DNA of 64,000 bases from Candidatus Thalassarchaeum betae (GTDB taxonomy: Archaea; Thermoplasmatota; Poseidoniia; Poseidoniales; Thalassarchaeaceae). The DNA lies in contig PSPG01000004.1 in NCBI GenBank assembly GCA_003193925.1, positions 1 through 64,000 on the forward strand, written 5' to 3'. Shown piece after piece: positions 45,557 through 55,144 of this stretch. The notes beneath the pieces were generated by a model. It was not told the DNA's origin. It did not search any database and worked only from the letters and a program-made list of their open reading frames with translations. Position numbers and translations under genes: made by a program. Position 1 is the stretch's first letter, and every line of letters begins with the position of its first letter.

Positions 45557-47077
45557 ATGGCGGGTTCAGGCAAGGCCAAGAGGGGTATCCCTCCTAAGTC
45601 AGACCTCAATGCCTGGTACCCTGCCATAGTCGAAATTGCCGACCTCGTGGACAAAAGGTATCCAATCAAGGGGATGGATGTCTGGAAGCCTTACGGCTGG
45701 AAGGCCATGACACTAATAGATGGGCTGACTCGGTCACAAATGAGGCGCACTGGTCACGAGGAATACAATTTTCCTCTGCTTGTACCCGAGGACTTGCTCG
45801 ATAAAGAGAATCAGTTGGTTTCCCACCTCAAGGCCTCTAGGGACACTGGGATCGATGCTTCTGAATTGAGGGTGGATGAAGAAGAAGCCGGATTCAAGAA
45901 AGAAGTGTACTGGGTGAAGCACGGAGGCGATACCGAACTTGAGGTTCCCATGTTCTTGAGACCTACTTCCGAGACTCCGATGTACACCATGTTCTCGCTG
46001 TGGGTCAGAAGCCACGCTGACTTGCCGTTGAAAACCTTCCAGATAGTGAATACCTTTCGATACGAAACCAAGCAAACCCGGTCGTTCATTAGGGTGAGGG
46101 AGATTCACTTCTTCGAGGCACACACGGTTCATGCGGACCAAGATGGAGCTACCGCACAGATTGCCGAAGACGCTGAAATCGTCCAGCGCCTGCTACATGA
46201 GTTGTGCTTTCCGGCGATTGTCTCCAAACGGCCCTCTTGGGACACCTTCCCTGGAGCATGGCACTCTACCGCCGTAGACGCCGTGATGCCTAACGGCCGA
46301 ACATTGCAAGTCGCTACGTACCACCATTATCGCGATCAATGGGCTCGGGCATTCAACCTCACTTACGAGGATAGAAACGGTGAAACCCAATTCTGCCATC
46401 AGACCACATTCGGCATGTCCGAGCGTCTTCTGGGTGCCATCGTTGGTATGCATGGTGATGACAGCGGTCTGATCATGCCCCCCTCCATCGCACCGATTCA
46501 AGTCATCCTGATGCCTGTCGCAGCTCATTCCGACGAGAATGTGATACCCCGAGTGGAAGCTCTCGCCTCGCAGCTACAAGATTCCGGATTCAGAGTCCAA
46601 GTCGATGCCCGTGACTTACGTCCCGGAACTAAGCACTACGATTGGGAGATTAAGGGAGTTCCAATACGTCTAGAGATTGGCCCTCGAGATCTCGCTTCAA
46701 GCCAATGCACTATTACTCTGAGAACCGGAGGCAAGATTGAATCTCCCCTAGAAGGAATCTCGTCCACAATCCGCCAGTACCTAGATTCGGTCTCCGATGA
46801 ACTCCGCTCCAGAGCCCACGCCCATGCCTCGGAGTTGATTCGCACCTTCCCCGGCCTTTCCCAGACCGCGGACATATGGAAACTCGACGCGGCATTGGAG
46901 GAGGGTTTCGTCTACGAACTCGCCTTCGATGGCAATGACGCCGACGCCGAAGTCCTCGAAAAGGCCACTGGATTGACCTTGCTCGGGGATTGCGTCCAAC
47001 CCTATCCCGAGCCGATTCCATGCGCAGTAACGGGAAAACTCACGACACGTAGGCACCATCTCGCGCGAATGTACTGA
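45557..47077 (+). CDS. proS: Proline--tRNA ligase (archaeal/eukaryal type)
   Basis: YPIKG, LRPTSET, FRYETK.TR.FIRVRE, FPGA, GMSER, WEIKGVPIRLEIGPRD, C-terminal Tyr. Confidence 0.96.
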   Translation: MAGSGKAKRGIPPKSDLNAWYPAIVEIADLVDKRYPIKGMDVWKPYGWKAMTLIDGLTRSQMRRTGHEEYNFPLLVPEDLLDKENQLVSHLKASRDTGIDASELRVDEEEAGFKKEVYWVKHGGDTELEVPMFLRPTSETPMYTMFSLWVRSHADLPLKTFQIVNTFRYETKQTRSFIRVREIHFFEAHTVHADQDGATAQIAEDAEIVQRLLHELCFPAIVSKRPSWDTFPGAWHSTAVDAVMPNGRTLQVATYHHYRDQWARAFNLTYEDRNGETQFCHQTTFGMSERLLGAIVGMHGDDSGLIMPPSIAPIQVILMPVAAHSDENVIPRVEALASQLQDSGFRVQVDARDLRPGTKHYDWEIKGVPIRLEIGPRDLASSQCTITLRTGGKIESPLEGISSTIRQYLDSVSDELRSRAHAHASELIRTFPGLSQTADIWKLDAALEEGFVYELAFDGNDADAEVLEKATGLTLLGDCVQPYPEPIPCAVTGKLTTRRHHLARMY

Positions 47078-47941
47078 CTATTCTTTCTTACTGAACAGTC
47101 CGAGCAGGGTCATCAGGCCGAATAGCATGAGGAAGGCCCCGTCGATCAATTCCCCAGTGCCAGAAGAGGTCCAGGACTCTATGGATCCGTAGTCGGAAGC
47201 CTTCTCCCACAGCAATCTGGTGTGGTCCTCGCACATTGGCTGGCTTGGGGAAACGGATGCCAAAGTCGAAACTGTTGAGGAGTCGCCTATGCACCCATTT
47301 GCCTCGGAAACTTTCACACTCTCTTCGTAAAGTGAAGATATGAAACACCAAGGGGCTGTAGTGACACTTCGATGTTCAGTATGGGCGTATGAATCCAGAG
47401 AGGATGTCCAATTGTGGAAACCAGCGTCAACCACTTCGCTTGACCCATTCTGGGAAATGGACCACTGGATACTGTAGCTGGTCGATAGATTTAGGTTGGC
47501 AACGGTCCATGTGACATACAGTGTGCTGTCCTGCTCATTCGCGGTGACGGTGAAGCTCAGTGGGTCGGGTTCCAAGTCATCCACGCAAAGGGGCAGGAAT
47601 TGGCCGATTCCTACGGCGACATTGACTCCGACCAATGAAGCCCCGATCAATCCAATCAAGAGTACGAACCATCTCCGGCGCGGGCTGTCAGAGGCACCCT
47701 CTCCATCCAAGTCTTCGGGATCTCCTTCGAATCCCGGGAGTTCTACCCCAAGATTGTCACCCTCCGCATATACAGGTGGATGGACCTCAGGAGGCCGTTC
47801 GGGCGCTGCAACACCCATCTCCTCGAGTGCCTCACGGCCATAGATGCGCTCTGCGAGTGCGTAGAGCTCAGTGTCACCCTCCAACTCGGTTGGATCCATG
47901 GTCCCGTCAAGCAGCCCCTTGACACGCTCGGAATCGCTCAT
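47078..47941 (-). CDS. Hypothetical membrane protein (acidic N-terminus, two TMs flanking a beta-rich Cys-containing domain)
   Basis: RRRW + TM, Ser/Thr-rich domain with 4 Cys, C-terminal TM + KK. Confidence 0.7.
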   Translation of the reverse strand: MSDSERVKGLLDGTMDPTELEGDTELYALAERIYGREALEEMGVAAPERPPEVHPPVYAEGDNLGVELPGFEGDPEDLDGEGASDSPRRRWFVLLIGLIGASLVGVNVAVGIGQFLPLCVDDLEPDPLSFTVTANEQDSTLYVTWTVANLNLSTSYSIQWSISQNGSSEVVDAGFHNWTSSLDSYAHTEHRSVTTAPWCFISSLYEESVKVSEANGCIGDSSTVSTLASVSPSQPMCEDHTRLLWEKASDYGSIESWTSSGTGELIDGAFLMLFGLMTLLGLFSKKE

Positions 47942-47992
47942 ATTGAGCCCTCAAGAATCAATCATTCATGAATCAAACGCTGCTTCGTAACT

Positions 47993-47999
47993 AAAAAAA
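47993..47999 (-). terminator. Oligo(T) archaeal terminator after transketolase
   Basis: A7 run on + (T7 on -), 4 nt after the TAA stop at 48004. Confidence 0.55.
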
Positions 48000-48003
48000 G
48001 CGG

Positions 48004-48951
48004 TTATTTGCGTTCCATCGCTCTGCGGGCGGCATTCTGAATGTCGGTTGAAGTCAAACCAAATTCACTCATCAGCTCACTCGGGGAGCCGCTTTCACCG
48101 AATCTGTCCCTCACTCCGACCATTTCCAAAGGAACTGCCTGACCAACGGAGAGGTGTTCGGCAACGGCTCCGCCGAGACCGCCAATAACAGAATGATCCT
48201 CTGCAGTGACAATGCACCCACACTCAGAAGCCAGTCGATCCACGAGAGCACAGTCGAGAGGTTTCAGTGTATGCATGTCGACGACAGACACCGATATTCC
48301 GCTTTCCGCCAACTCATCGGCAGCTGAGAGACTCTCAGAAACCATAACTCCACAAGCCAATATACACACATCAGTACCTTCCCGGATGACACTTCCCTTC
48401 CCGATGGCGAGATTGGAAACGTTAACTTCATTGTAGATCCTAGGGGTCTTGTTTCGGGCTGTTCGCATGTACGAAGGACCCGAATGATTGACGAGTTGGA
48501 CTGTTAACTCCTCAGCAGACAGATCATCACAGGGATGCAAGACAGTCATCCCGGGTAGAGTCCTATAAATCGCAATATCCTCGATTGACTGCGCGCTGCT
48601 ACCGTCCGTTCCTGTGTGAATCCCACCGTGACTTCCACATATGTGAACGGTCAACTCGGGTCTGGCAATGCCATTCCTGATCTGCTCAAAGGCACGCTCA
48701 GTGAAGATAGCGAAAGTGCTCGCAAAAGGGATCTTGCCAGAGGAGGCCATACCTGCGGCAACTAGCATCATGTTCTGTTCGGCAACCCCTATCGAGATGG
48801 TTCGGGTGGGATTCTGAGTGCGGAAGTGACACGACTTGGTGGATTTACCAAGGTCCGCATCTAGAACAACCACTCTGGGATCATCGGCTAGCCTGAGCAG
48901 CCCTTTGCCGTAACCATCCCTGGATGCACCACCGAATGACGGCGCGCTCAT
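48004..48951 (-). CDS. Transketolase, C-terminal subunit
   Basis: DADL..ST, GVAEQNM, STFA.F..RAFEQIR, G.DGSSAQ..ED, TAEDH...GGLG. Confidence 0.93.
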   Translation of the reverse strand: MSAPSFGGASRDGYGKGLLRLADDPRVVVLDADLGKSTKSCHFRTQNPTRTISIGVAEQNMMLVAAGMASSGKIPFASTFAIFTERAFEQIRNGIARPELTVHICGSHGGIHTGTDGSSAQSIEDIAIYRTLPGMTVLHPCDDLSAEELTVQLVNHSGPSYMRTARNKTPRIYNEVNVSNLAIGKGSVIREGTDVCILACGVMVSESLSAADELAESGISVSVVDMHTLKPLDCALVDRLASECGCIVTAEDHSVIGGLGGAVAEHLSVGQAVPLEMVGVRDRFGESGSPSELMSEFGLTSTDIQNAARRAMERK

Positions 48952-49763
48952 GACAACTCCTCCAAAGCGATTCGAAATTCGTCATCGGTGGGGGCCTTAC
49001 CGTGGAAGGACGGGTTGCCTTCCATGAAAGAAACGCCCTTCCCCTTGACCGTATGGGCTACTATTGCACAAGGCCCATCAGTGATTCCTGCTGCCCAATC
49101 CAAGGCACTGATAATCTCGGGCATTGAATGACCGTCAATTTCCTTCACGGACCACCCGAACGCAGAGAATTTTGCGGTTATGTCACCTATCTCCATCTGA
49201 ACTCTGAGAAAGTCGTCGTTCTGTATGCCGTTTCTGTCGACGATGACCTTGAGATTGGATGCAGAGTGGAAATATGCAGCCATCACCGCCTCCCATACCT
49301 GACCTTCTTGCATCTCTCCATCACCCAACATCACCCAGATTTCCCTCTGGCTATTATCCATGCGGGCTGCCAATGCGCACCCCAGTCCGAAAGACAGCCC
49401 CATGCCCAGGCTTCCGGCAGAAAAGTCGACTCCGTCGGTCCACCTCATGTCCACATGGCCTTGACATACTGAACCAAGCGTCCTGAATCCCATCAGATCC
49501 TCATAATCGAGGTATCCAACGCCGTGTAAGATGGAATAGACCGCGGGACTAGCGTGGCCTTTGCTCATGATGAAGCGATCACGATCAGTCCAGTCGGGGT
49601 CTGTTGGGTCAAACCTCAGCCGTGTCCCGTACAGTCCAACAATAAGATCGATTGCGGAGAGCGACCCCCCGGGGTGGCCAGCACCTGCCTTATGCACCAT
49701 TTTCACGATACTGAGTCGGCACTTGGAAGAGAGTTCTTCAAGCTCCGCGATCCCGAGGCCCAT
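48948..49763 (-). CDS. Transketolase, N-terminal (TPP-binding) subunit
   Basis: GHPGGSLS, RDRFIMSKGHA, GSLGMG, GDGEMQEG..WEA, T.KGKG; start could also be 49796. Confidence 0.93.
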   Translation of the reverse strand: MGLGIAELEELSSKCRLSIVKMVHKAGAGHPGGSLSAIDLIVGLYGTRLRFDPTDPDWTDRDRFIMSKGHASPAVYSILHGVGYLDYEDLMGFRTLGSVCQGHVDMRWTDGVDFSAGSLGMGLSFGLGCALAARMDNSQREIWVMLGDGEMQEGQVWEAVMAAYFHSASNLKVIVDRNGIQNDDFLRVQMEIGDITAKFSAFGWSVKEIDGHSMPEIISALDWAAGITDGPCAIVAHTVKGKGVSFMEGNPSFHGKAPTDDEFRIALEELS

Positions 49764-49968
49764 GCCATGGCTGCCTTTGTTCACATGCATACTCACCGAG
49801 TTTGGCTATTGATGCTTTCCGGCTCTCCCGTTTCCGTTGCTGGGTGACACTCAGACGGGTTCAAATCTCTCACCCGACTACAGGAGCTTGCAGACAAAGC
49901 GGATTGGTGATACTGTGGGAGATGAAGCGCTAGGTGGTCATTCGAATTGGCGTGAGCGGCTTCGTCAC

Positions 49969-51120
49969 ATGTCCGTTCCGTTGAGTGTATCCAGGGACCC
50001 CCTACTATCATCCTGCTTAGAGGCGCTGAGCTCGGGCGGGCGGATATCGGTAGACGACGGGGTCCGCCTGTTCGAGCACGAATCTCTTTCTTCGATATGC
50101 GCATTGGCTGACATGGTCAAATCCGCTAGATTTGGTAACCGAGTCTACTTCAATGAGAATCTCCATGTGAACACGACCAATATATGTGTACTTGCTTGTA
50201 GATTCTGCGCCTTTCGTAAAGGCCCACGGCACTCAGACGCCTATGCCCTGTCGGTGGACGAGTTCATACATCGCATCGAGCCGTTGTCCGATAGGATTGA
50301 CGAAGTTCACTCGGTAGGGGGATTGCATCCCGAGTGGACCGTCGAGCACTATTCTGAGCTGTACAGAGGAATCAGAGAGAGGTTTCCCCATATCCATTTG
50401 AAATCCCTCACCTCTGTAGAAATTAAACACATCTCCAACCGTTCTGGGATCAGTGTGAAACAGACCTTGAAGAAATTGATCGAATCCGGGCTGGGCTCTT
50501 TACCGGGCGGTGGTGCGGAGATTCTAGTCGACTCGGTCAGAAACCGCATCTGCAGAGGCAAAGAGTCTTCTGATGAGTATCTGGAAATCCATGACATCGC
50601 GCATTCATTGGGCATTCCTACTAATTGCACTATGCTATTCGGAACCGTGGAGACCGTCACTCAGAGGGTCATTCACATTGATAGGCTGAGAACTCAACAG
50701 GATCGGAGCGGTGGATTTCAGTGTTTCGTCCCCTATCCGTTCCTGCCTGACAAGACCAGACTACCCGAAGCCCAGTTGGCATCGTCTTCGGAGGTGATTC
50801 GCGTCATAGCTATCTCTAGGTTGATGTTGGACAACATACCGCATATCAAGGCTTACAGGATGAACATCGGGGATCATCTGGCAACATTGTCACTGAAAGC
50901 CGGAGCAGATGACATAGACGGCACCGTGGGTCATGAGGAGATCATGCACGATGCTGGCAGTACCACTAGGTTGGATACAACAGCAGACGAATTGGCTCGG
51001 TTGATTGAAGATGCAGATTCGGTTCCTGTCAAACGGGATTCTGTCTACTCCTCATTCTCCGTCTACAACGGTCATTCCGATGTTGTTGAGATGTACCTCC
51101 CTATAGCCGACCAGACATAG
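49969..51120 (+). CDS. mqnE: Aminofutalosine synthase (radical SAM, CofH/MqnE family)
   Basis: TNICVLACRFCAF, VGGLHP, HLKSLT.VEI, LPGGGAEI, TMLFG..ET, GADD.DGT...E.I.H.AG; adjacent to mqnA. Confidence 0.85.
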   Translation: MSVPLSVSRDPLLSSCLEALSSGGRISVDDGVRLFEHESLSSICALADMVKSARFGNRVYFNENLHVNTTNICVLACRFCAFRKGPRHSDAYALSVDEFIHRIEPLSDRIDEVHSVGGLHPEWTVEHYSELYRGIRERFPHIHLKSLTSVEIKHISNRSGISVKQTLKKLIESGLGSLPGGGAEILVDSVRNRICRGKESSDEYLEIHDIAHSLGIPTNCTMLFGTVETVTQRVIHIDRLRTQQDRSGGFQCFVPYPFLPDKTRLPEAQLASSSEVIRVIAISRLMLDNIPHIKAYRMNIGDHLATLSLKAGADDIDGTVGHEEIMHDAGSTTRLDTTADELARLIEDADSVPVKRDSVYSSFSVYNGHSDVVEMYLPIADQT

Positions 51121-51128
51121 GTGCTATC

Positions 51129-51923
51129 ATGTCATGGCAGGAAGTACTGGGCAGGGTCGCTTTCACAAACTGTGATCCAATATTCCATGGTCTCAAGGAT
51201 AAGTGGAAGATACTTCCCGCTCCGCCTGCTTGGCTGACGGGACACGTTCTCAGGCGAGACTGTCTCACCGCTCCGATTCCTGCGGCCGACTATGCCAAGC
51301 ATTCAGTCAAACTCGACCTAATTCCCAATCTAGGGATAGTCAGCACAGGAAACGTTGGCTCTGCGCTCTTATTCGGCTCTCGCTCACCCGAATCCATGAG
51401 GGACATAGCATTGCCGTCAGACTCGTCTACTTCAAAGGCCCTCCTTCGTTGGGCCCTCATCCGTCGAGGGTTAGATCCCAAGTGCATCGAGATGGGGCCT
51501 GATATCGATGCTATGCTATCCATCTGCGATGGCGCTTTGCTGATAGGTGACAGAGCGCTTGCAGCAGCCGCAAATAATCCTGAATTGGTCAAACTAGACC
51601 TAGGTGCTGAATGGACGAATCAGACCGGCCTGCCTATGGTGTTCGGGGTCTTTGCAGTCCGTAAGGACGCACCTGTCGATAAGGTTAGACAGGCTCATTC
51701 GGATATGTTAGAGCAGTACAACAAGTTTCTCGGCGATCAAACCTGGAAGCTCGAAGTCATCAGGTTCTCCGCTGATAAGATGGGTTTCACGGAGAACAGG
51801 ATCTCTGATTACTTCGATAACGAAGTGAGAAATTCATTAGACGGAGACGCAGTCATGGGACTGGAGTTGTTTCTCTCTGAAGTATGCGGTATGGAAAAAA
51901 AGCCATCTTGGGTCGAGCTCTGA
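51129..51923 (+). CDS. mqnA: Chorismate dehydratase
   Basis: GRV.FTN..P, G.VGS.LL, S.TS..L, LLIGD.AL, DLG.EW...TGLPMVFGV. Confidence 0.9.
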   Translation: MSWQEVLGRVAFTNCDPIFHGLKDKWKILPAPPAWLTGHVLRRDCLTAPIPAADYAKHSVKLDLIPNLGIVSTGNVGSALLFGSRSPESMRDIALPSDSSTSKALLRWALIRRGLDPKCIEMGPDIDAMLSICDGALLIGDRALAAAANNPELVKLDLGAEWTNQTGLPMVFGVFAVRKDAPVDKVRQAHSDMLEQYNKFLGDQTWKLEVIRFSADKMGFTENRISDYFDNEVRNSLDGDAVMGLELFLSEVCGMEKKPSWVEL

Positions 51924-52784
51924 TTACCCCTTTGAACCTATGAATCTCAGAGTTTCGACATCCATATCTCCTCGCACTAATCCTATCCTCTGGCCCTCCG
52001 ACAGGAACAGGCGTATCCCCTCCCGCCCGTCCGCACCGTAATCGATAGTCCTCTGATTGACGTACATGCCGACGAATTCCCTGTTGGTATCGTCGTCTAT
52101 TCCGCGACCCCATGCCTTAGAGAATTCTAGTGCAGCGTCTGGATCTTCCAGTGAATGCATGATGCTCTCTCTGACATCAGAGGTCAGTTGAACGCACAAT
52201 TCTTCCCCCAGATCCTTCCGGACCACATTCCCCCCCAGGGGCAGAGGAAGGCCCGTAGTCTCGTTCCACCAAACTCCTAGATCCAGCACCAGATGGACAC
52301 CGTCTTTAGCCCAAGTCAGTTGCCTCTCGTGAATGATCAATCCGACCTCATACTCGCCTTTCAACACCCGGGGTAGTATCTCATCAAAGGGGACGACCTT
52401 GACTCTAACATCGCCCCAGGCCAACCTCAAAGCTAGGTATGCACTGGTACCCAATCCGGGAATTGCGATTTTCTTCCGCTTTGCCTCGTCCTCATTAAGC
52501 ACGGTCTTTGAGATCAGAATAGGACCATATCCCTCTCCCATCGAAGCACCACAGTTCATGAGGTGATATCGATCTGAAATTCTGGGGAATGAATGTATGC
52601 TGACCGCGGAAATTTCGTACCTGCCCTCAAGTGCATGTCGATTCAGTGTCTCGATATCCAGAAGCACGTGCTCGTAACTCCTTCCGGGTGTCTCGAGCGA
52701 GCCTGAGGTCAAAGCGTGGAACATGAATGCATCATCGGGATCAGGAGAGTGCCCAACGCGAATTCTCCTGCTCTCGTCCTGCAC
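51924..52784 (-). CDS. mqnD: 1,4-dihydroxy-6-naphthoate synthase
   Basis: HSPDPDDAFMF, DIETLN, GASMGEGYGP, IIHE, DLG.WW...TGLPLPLG, MYVN. Confidence 0.93.
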   Translation of the reverse strand: MQDESRRIRVGHSPDPDDAFMFHALTSGSLETPGRSYEHVLLDIETLNRHALEGRYEISAVSIHSFPRISDRYHLMNCGASMGEGYGPILISKTVLNEDEAKRKKIAIPGLGTSAYLALRLAWGDVRVKVVPFDEILPRVLKGEYEVGLIIHERQLTWAKDGVHLVLDLGVWWNETTGLPLPLGGNVVRKDLGEELCVQLTSDVRESIMHSLEDPDAALEFSKAWGRGIDDDTNREFVGMYVNQRTIDYGADGREGIRLFLSEGQRIGLVRGDMDVETLRFIGSKG

Positions 52785-52875
52785 GCGTCAGCGAACGGAG
52801 ATCAGTTGAAAACGGCTCCGAGAGGGAATCCACAGTTAGGCAACAGTCAATAGATACCAGTTCTCGCATTCGTCC

Positions 52876-53070
52876 ATGCCAGATGCCTCAAAACTATCTA
52901 CAGCTACAGGTCAATTGGGGCCGGTTTGCGCATTTACTGGAAAAGCACTCACATTCGCGGAGGCTATAGTGCTCGATAACCAATTCGTATGCTGGGAGGC
53001 CTATATCGAACTGACTGGAGCGAAACCGGCCACAGAAGGCAGGGAAATCGTGCAACTCGACCTCGATTGA
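52876..53070 (+). CDS. Small hypothetical protein (64 aa)
   Basis: ATG ORF between mqnD and priS; CAFTG...CWEAY pattern. Confidence 0.6.
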   Translation: MPDASKLSTATGQLGPVCAFTGKALTFAEAIVLDNQFVCWEAYIELTGAKPATEGREIVQLDLD

Positions 53071-53108
53071 CTCCACATGTTCATTTGCCGTGCCATAATC
53101 GGGTATGT

Positions 53109-54320
53109 ATGGTCGAGGGTTGGAGCCGTTTCGCACTCCGTTTCGCTGAATATTACCAATCCCTTGCGGTTGAAGACCTGTGGGGGCCTCCCCGGTTCCG
53201 TTCTCGTGAATGGATGTTCATCCCATGGGGCAGCAGGCCACCGGACAGACATCGCGGATTTTCCGACAAGAGGGAGTTGTTGCGCTACCTTCATCAGAAA
53301 GCCCCCCATTCTTGCTTCCACAGTACAGCATATTACAACGACCCCTCTGATAGGAATATGGCTGACAAGGGTTGGCTGGGAGCCGACCTGATATTCGATT
53401 TGGATGGAGATCACCTTCCGGGCGTATCTGACAGCGACTTTCCACAAATGATCGACTTGGTGCAAGAGCAGGCTTGGCGGTTGTGGTCGGAATTCTTAGA
53501 ACCTGAATTTGGATTCAGCGAGGATCACGCGCAGTTCACATTCTCCGGCCACAGAGGGTTCCACATTCATGTGCGCGAGCCGAAATATCTTCAATTGGAC
53601 TCCAATGCCAGGAGGCAGTTGGTCAACTACATCAGAGGGCAAGGAGTTAACGTCCAAGATGTGATGTCCGGTAGCGAATCGGGGTGGAAGTCTAGAGTGG
53701 AGTCAGGAATCGAAGGCGTGCTTCTCAAACTTCGAGCTATATCAGATGACTCTCCCGAGAAGTCCAAGCTGCTTACCGAGCAACATGAGATAATGTCCCA
53801 GAGGATACGCCACCCCGATTGCTCGGTGAAATCATGCAGTAAGACCAAGCTCCGAGAGTTGGCTGAACAGGCTCAGGATGAGGACAGGATACAGCGTCTG
53901 AGGAATGATTTCAGCCTCAGGGTCTTCCCAGGCAACAACACGGCGATTTTTTGGGAATTAGTCAAAGGCGACTCTTCTGTCGTACTAGGGAATGCTGGTG
54001 AGACCGATGAGAATGTCACAGTTGATATCAAGAGAGTCATCAGATGGATGGGAAGCCTTCATGGCAAGAGTGGTCTGCGCGTCACTGAAATACCGTTAAA
54101 CAGACTCGATCCAGATGCCTCAGATGCCTTTGATCCACTCCGTGAGGCTGTGGTTTTCCGCGGCAACGGTTCCATGAAGGTAGAATTAACGATGGATGAT
54201 GTCACCGCACGTATCTCGGATACAGAGGTAGAAGGCGGCACCGGGGATATTTTCGTTGTACCAGAGTCCATGGCCACGTTCCTCTCGTTAAAGGGCTGGG
54301 GCAGAGTGCTAAGCACCTGA
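53109..54320 (+). CDS. priS: DNA primase catalytic subunit
   Basis: REW, S.AYY..P, W.GADLIFDLD, FSGHRGFHIH, D..VT.D.KR.IR..GSLHGKSG; start set at 53109. Confidence 0.95.
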   Translation: MVEGWSRFALRFAEYYQSLAVEDLWGPPRFRSREWMFIPWGSRPPDRHRGFSDKRELLRYLHQKAPHSCFHSTAYYNDPSDRNMADKGWLGADLIFDLDGDHLPGVSDSDFPQMIDLVQEQAWRLWSEFLEPEFGFSEDHAQFTFSGHRGFHIHVREPKYLQLDSNARRQLVNYIRGQGVNVQDVMSGSESGWKSRVESGIEGVLLKLRAISDDSPEKSKLLTEQHEIMSQRIRHPDCSVKSCSKTKLRELAEQAQDEDRIQRLRNDFSLRVFPGNNTAIFWELVKGDSSVVLGNAGETDENVTVDIKRVIRWMGSLHGKSGLRVTEIPLNRLDPDASDAFDPLREAVVFRGNGSMKVELTMDDVTARISDTEVEGGTGDIFVVPESMATFLSLKGWGRVLST

Positions 54321-54393
54321 CTCCGATATCTTAGGCTCCCTCAATCACAGAATATTGAATAGTGTAGAGGTTCGGAATCGTATTGTGGGGATT

Positions 54394-55140
54394 ATGCCAG
54401 ACGAAGAGGACAACGATCAGGACGTCGGTAATCTCCCCCTTCCTCCCCTCCCGCCTGGCATCACACTGCCCCCTCCTCCGCCGCCTCCGAGGATGGGACT
54501 TGGTGATGATTCGATAATTGATGAAGCCATGGACGAACTGCCATCAATACCGCTCCCAGACGATGAAGAAAGTACCCCCCCATCGGACTTCCAGACTCAA
54601 TGGGAGAAGCGTAGAGCCGCCGACCCCTCCCTCGCTCTCGAGAACAACGATAGCATGTACGGCCACATCGATAGGATAGCTAAAGGAGAAATTGGAACGC
54701 TTCTCGACCGTTTCTCTGACCGTTTTGGCTCAGAATTGGACAGGGAGATTATCGTTCTGAGAAAGAAGCAGCAGCAGGATGTTCGCTCAGTGAAACCCCA
54801 TGTTGAACTGATTCACCCTCCTGCTGGATCCGAAGATTTGATTTCGCAGGATGACACAGAGTCTGAAACAGACGAATTCTCAGAATTCTTCGATGTCGTG
54901 AATAACCTGCTGGGCGATATGCCGGAGGACTTCATAGATTCCTTCGTCCAGTCCGATTCATTCGCTCTCTTCCAGTCTGTCGGTGCCGACCCTTCCGCTA
55001 CCGACGAAGATGCTCGCAGGGAGTTCTTTCTCATGATAAACGCCGAACTTGGCGATTTGCCAGAGGATAAGATAAACGAGTTCGTGGAGTCCCCCGGCTT
55101 CAAATTATTCACCAGAATGGGTGAAATGTACGGAGAGTGA
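54394..55140 (+). CDS. Acidic, polyproline-containing hypothetical protein with a tandem 46-aa C-terminal repeat
   Basis: LPPPPPPP; EFF.(V/M)...LG D(M/L)PED.I..FV.S..F.LF...G occurs twice. Confidence 0.72.
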   Translation: MPDEEDNDQDVGNLPLPPLPPGITLPPPPPPPRMGLGDDSIIDEAMDELPSIPLPDDEESTPPSDFQTQWEKRRAADPSLALENNDSMYGHIDRIAKGEIGTLLDRFSDRFGSELDREIIVLRKKQQQDVRSVKPHVELIHPPAGSEDLISQDDTESETDEFSEFFDVVNNLLGDMPEDFIDSFVQSDSFALFQSVGADPSATDEDARREFFLMINAELGDLPEDKINEFVESPGFKLFTRMGEMYGE

Positions 55141-55144
55141 ATGC

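Noticed and set aside
48004-49763. Split transketolase as a broken gene
   Set aside because: Two-subunit transketolases with a 4-nt ATGA overlap are the normal archaeal form.
49850-49880. tRNA gene suggested by GGTTCAAATC
   Set aside because: The T-stem pairs poorly and there is no matching acceptor 5' strand, D arm or anticodon arm.
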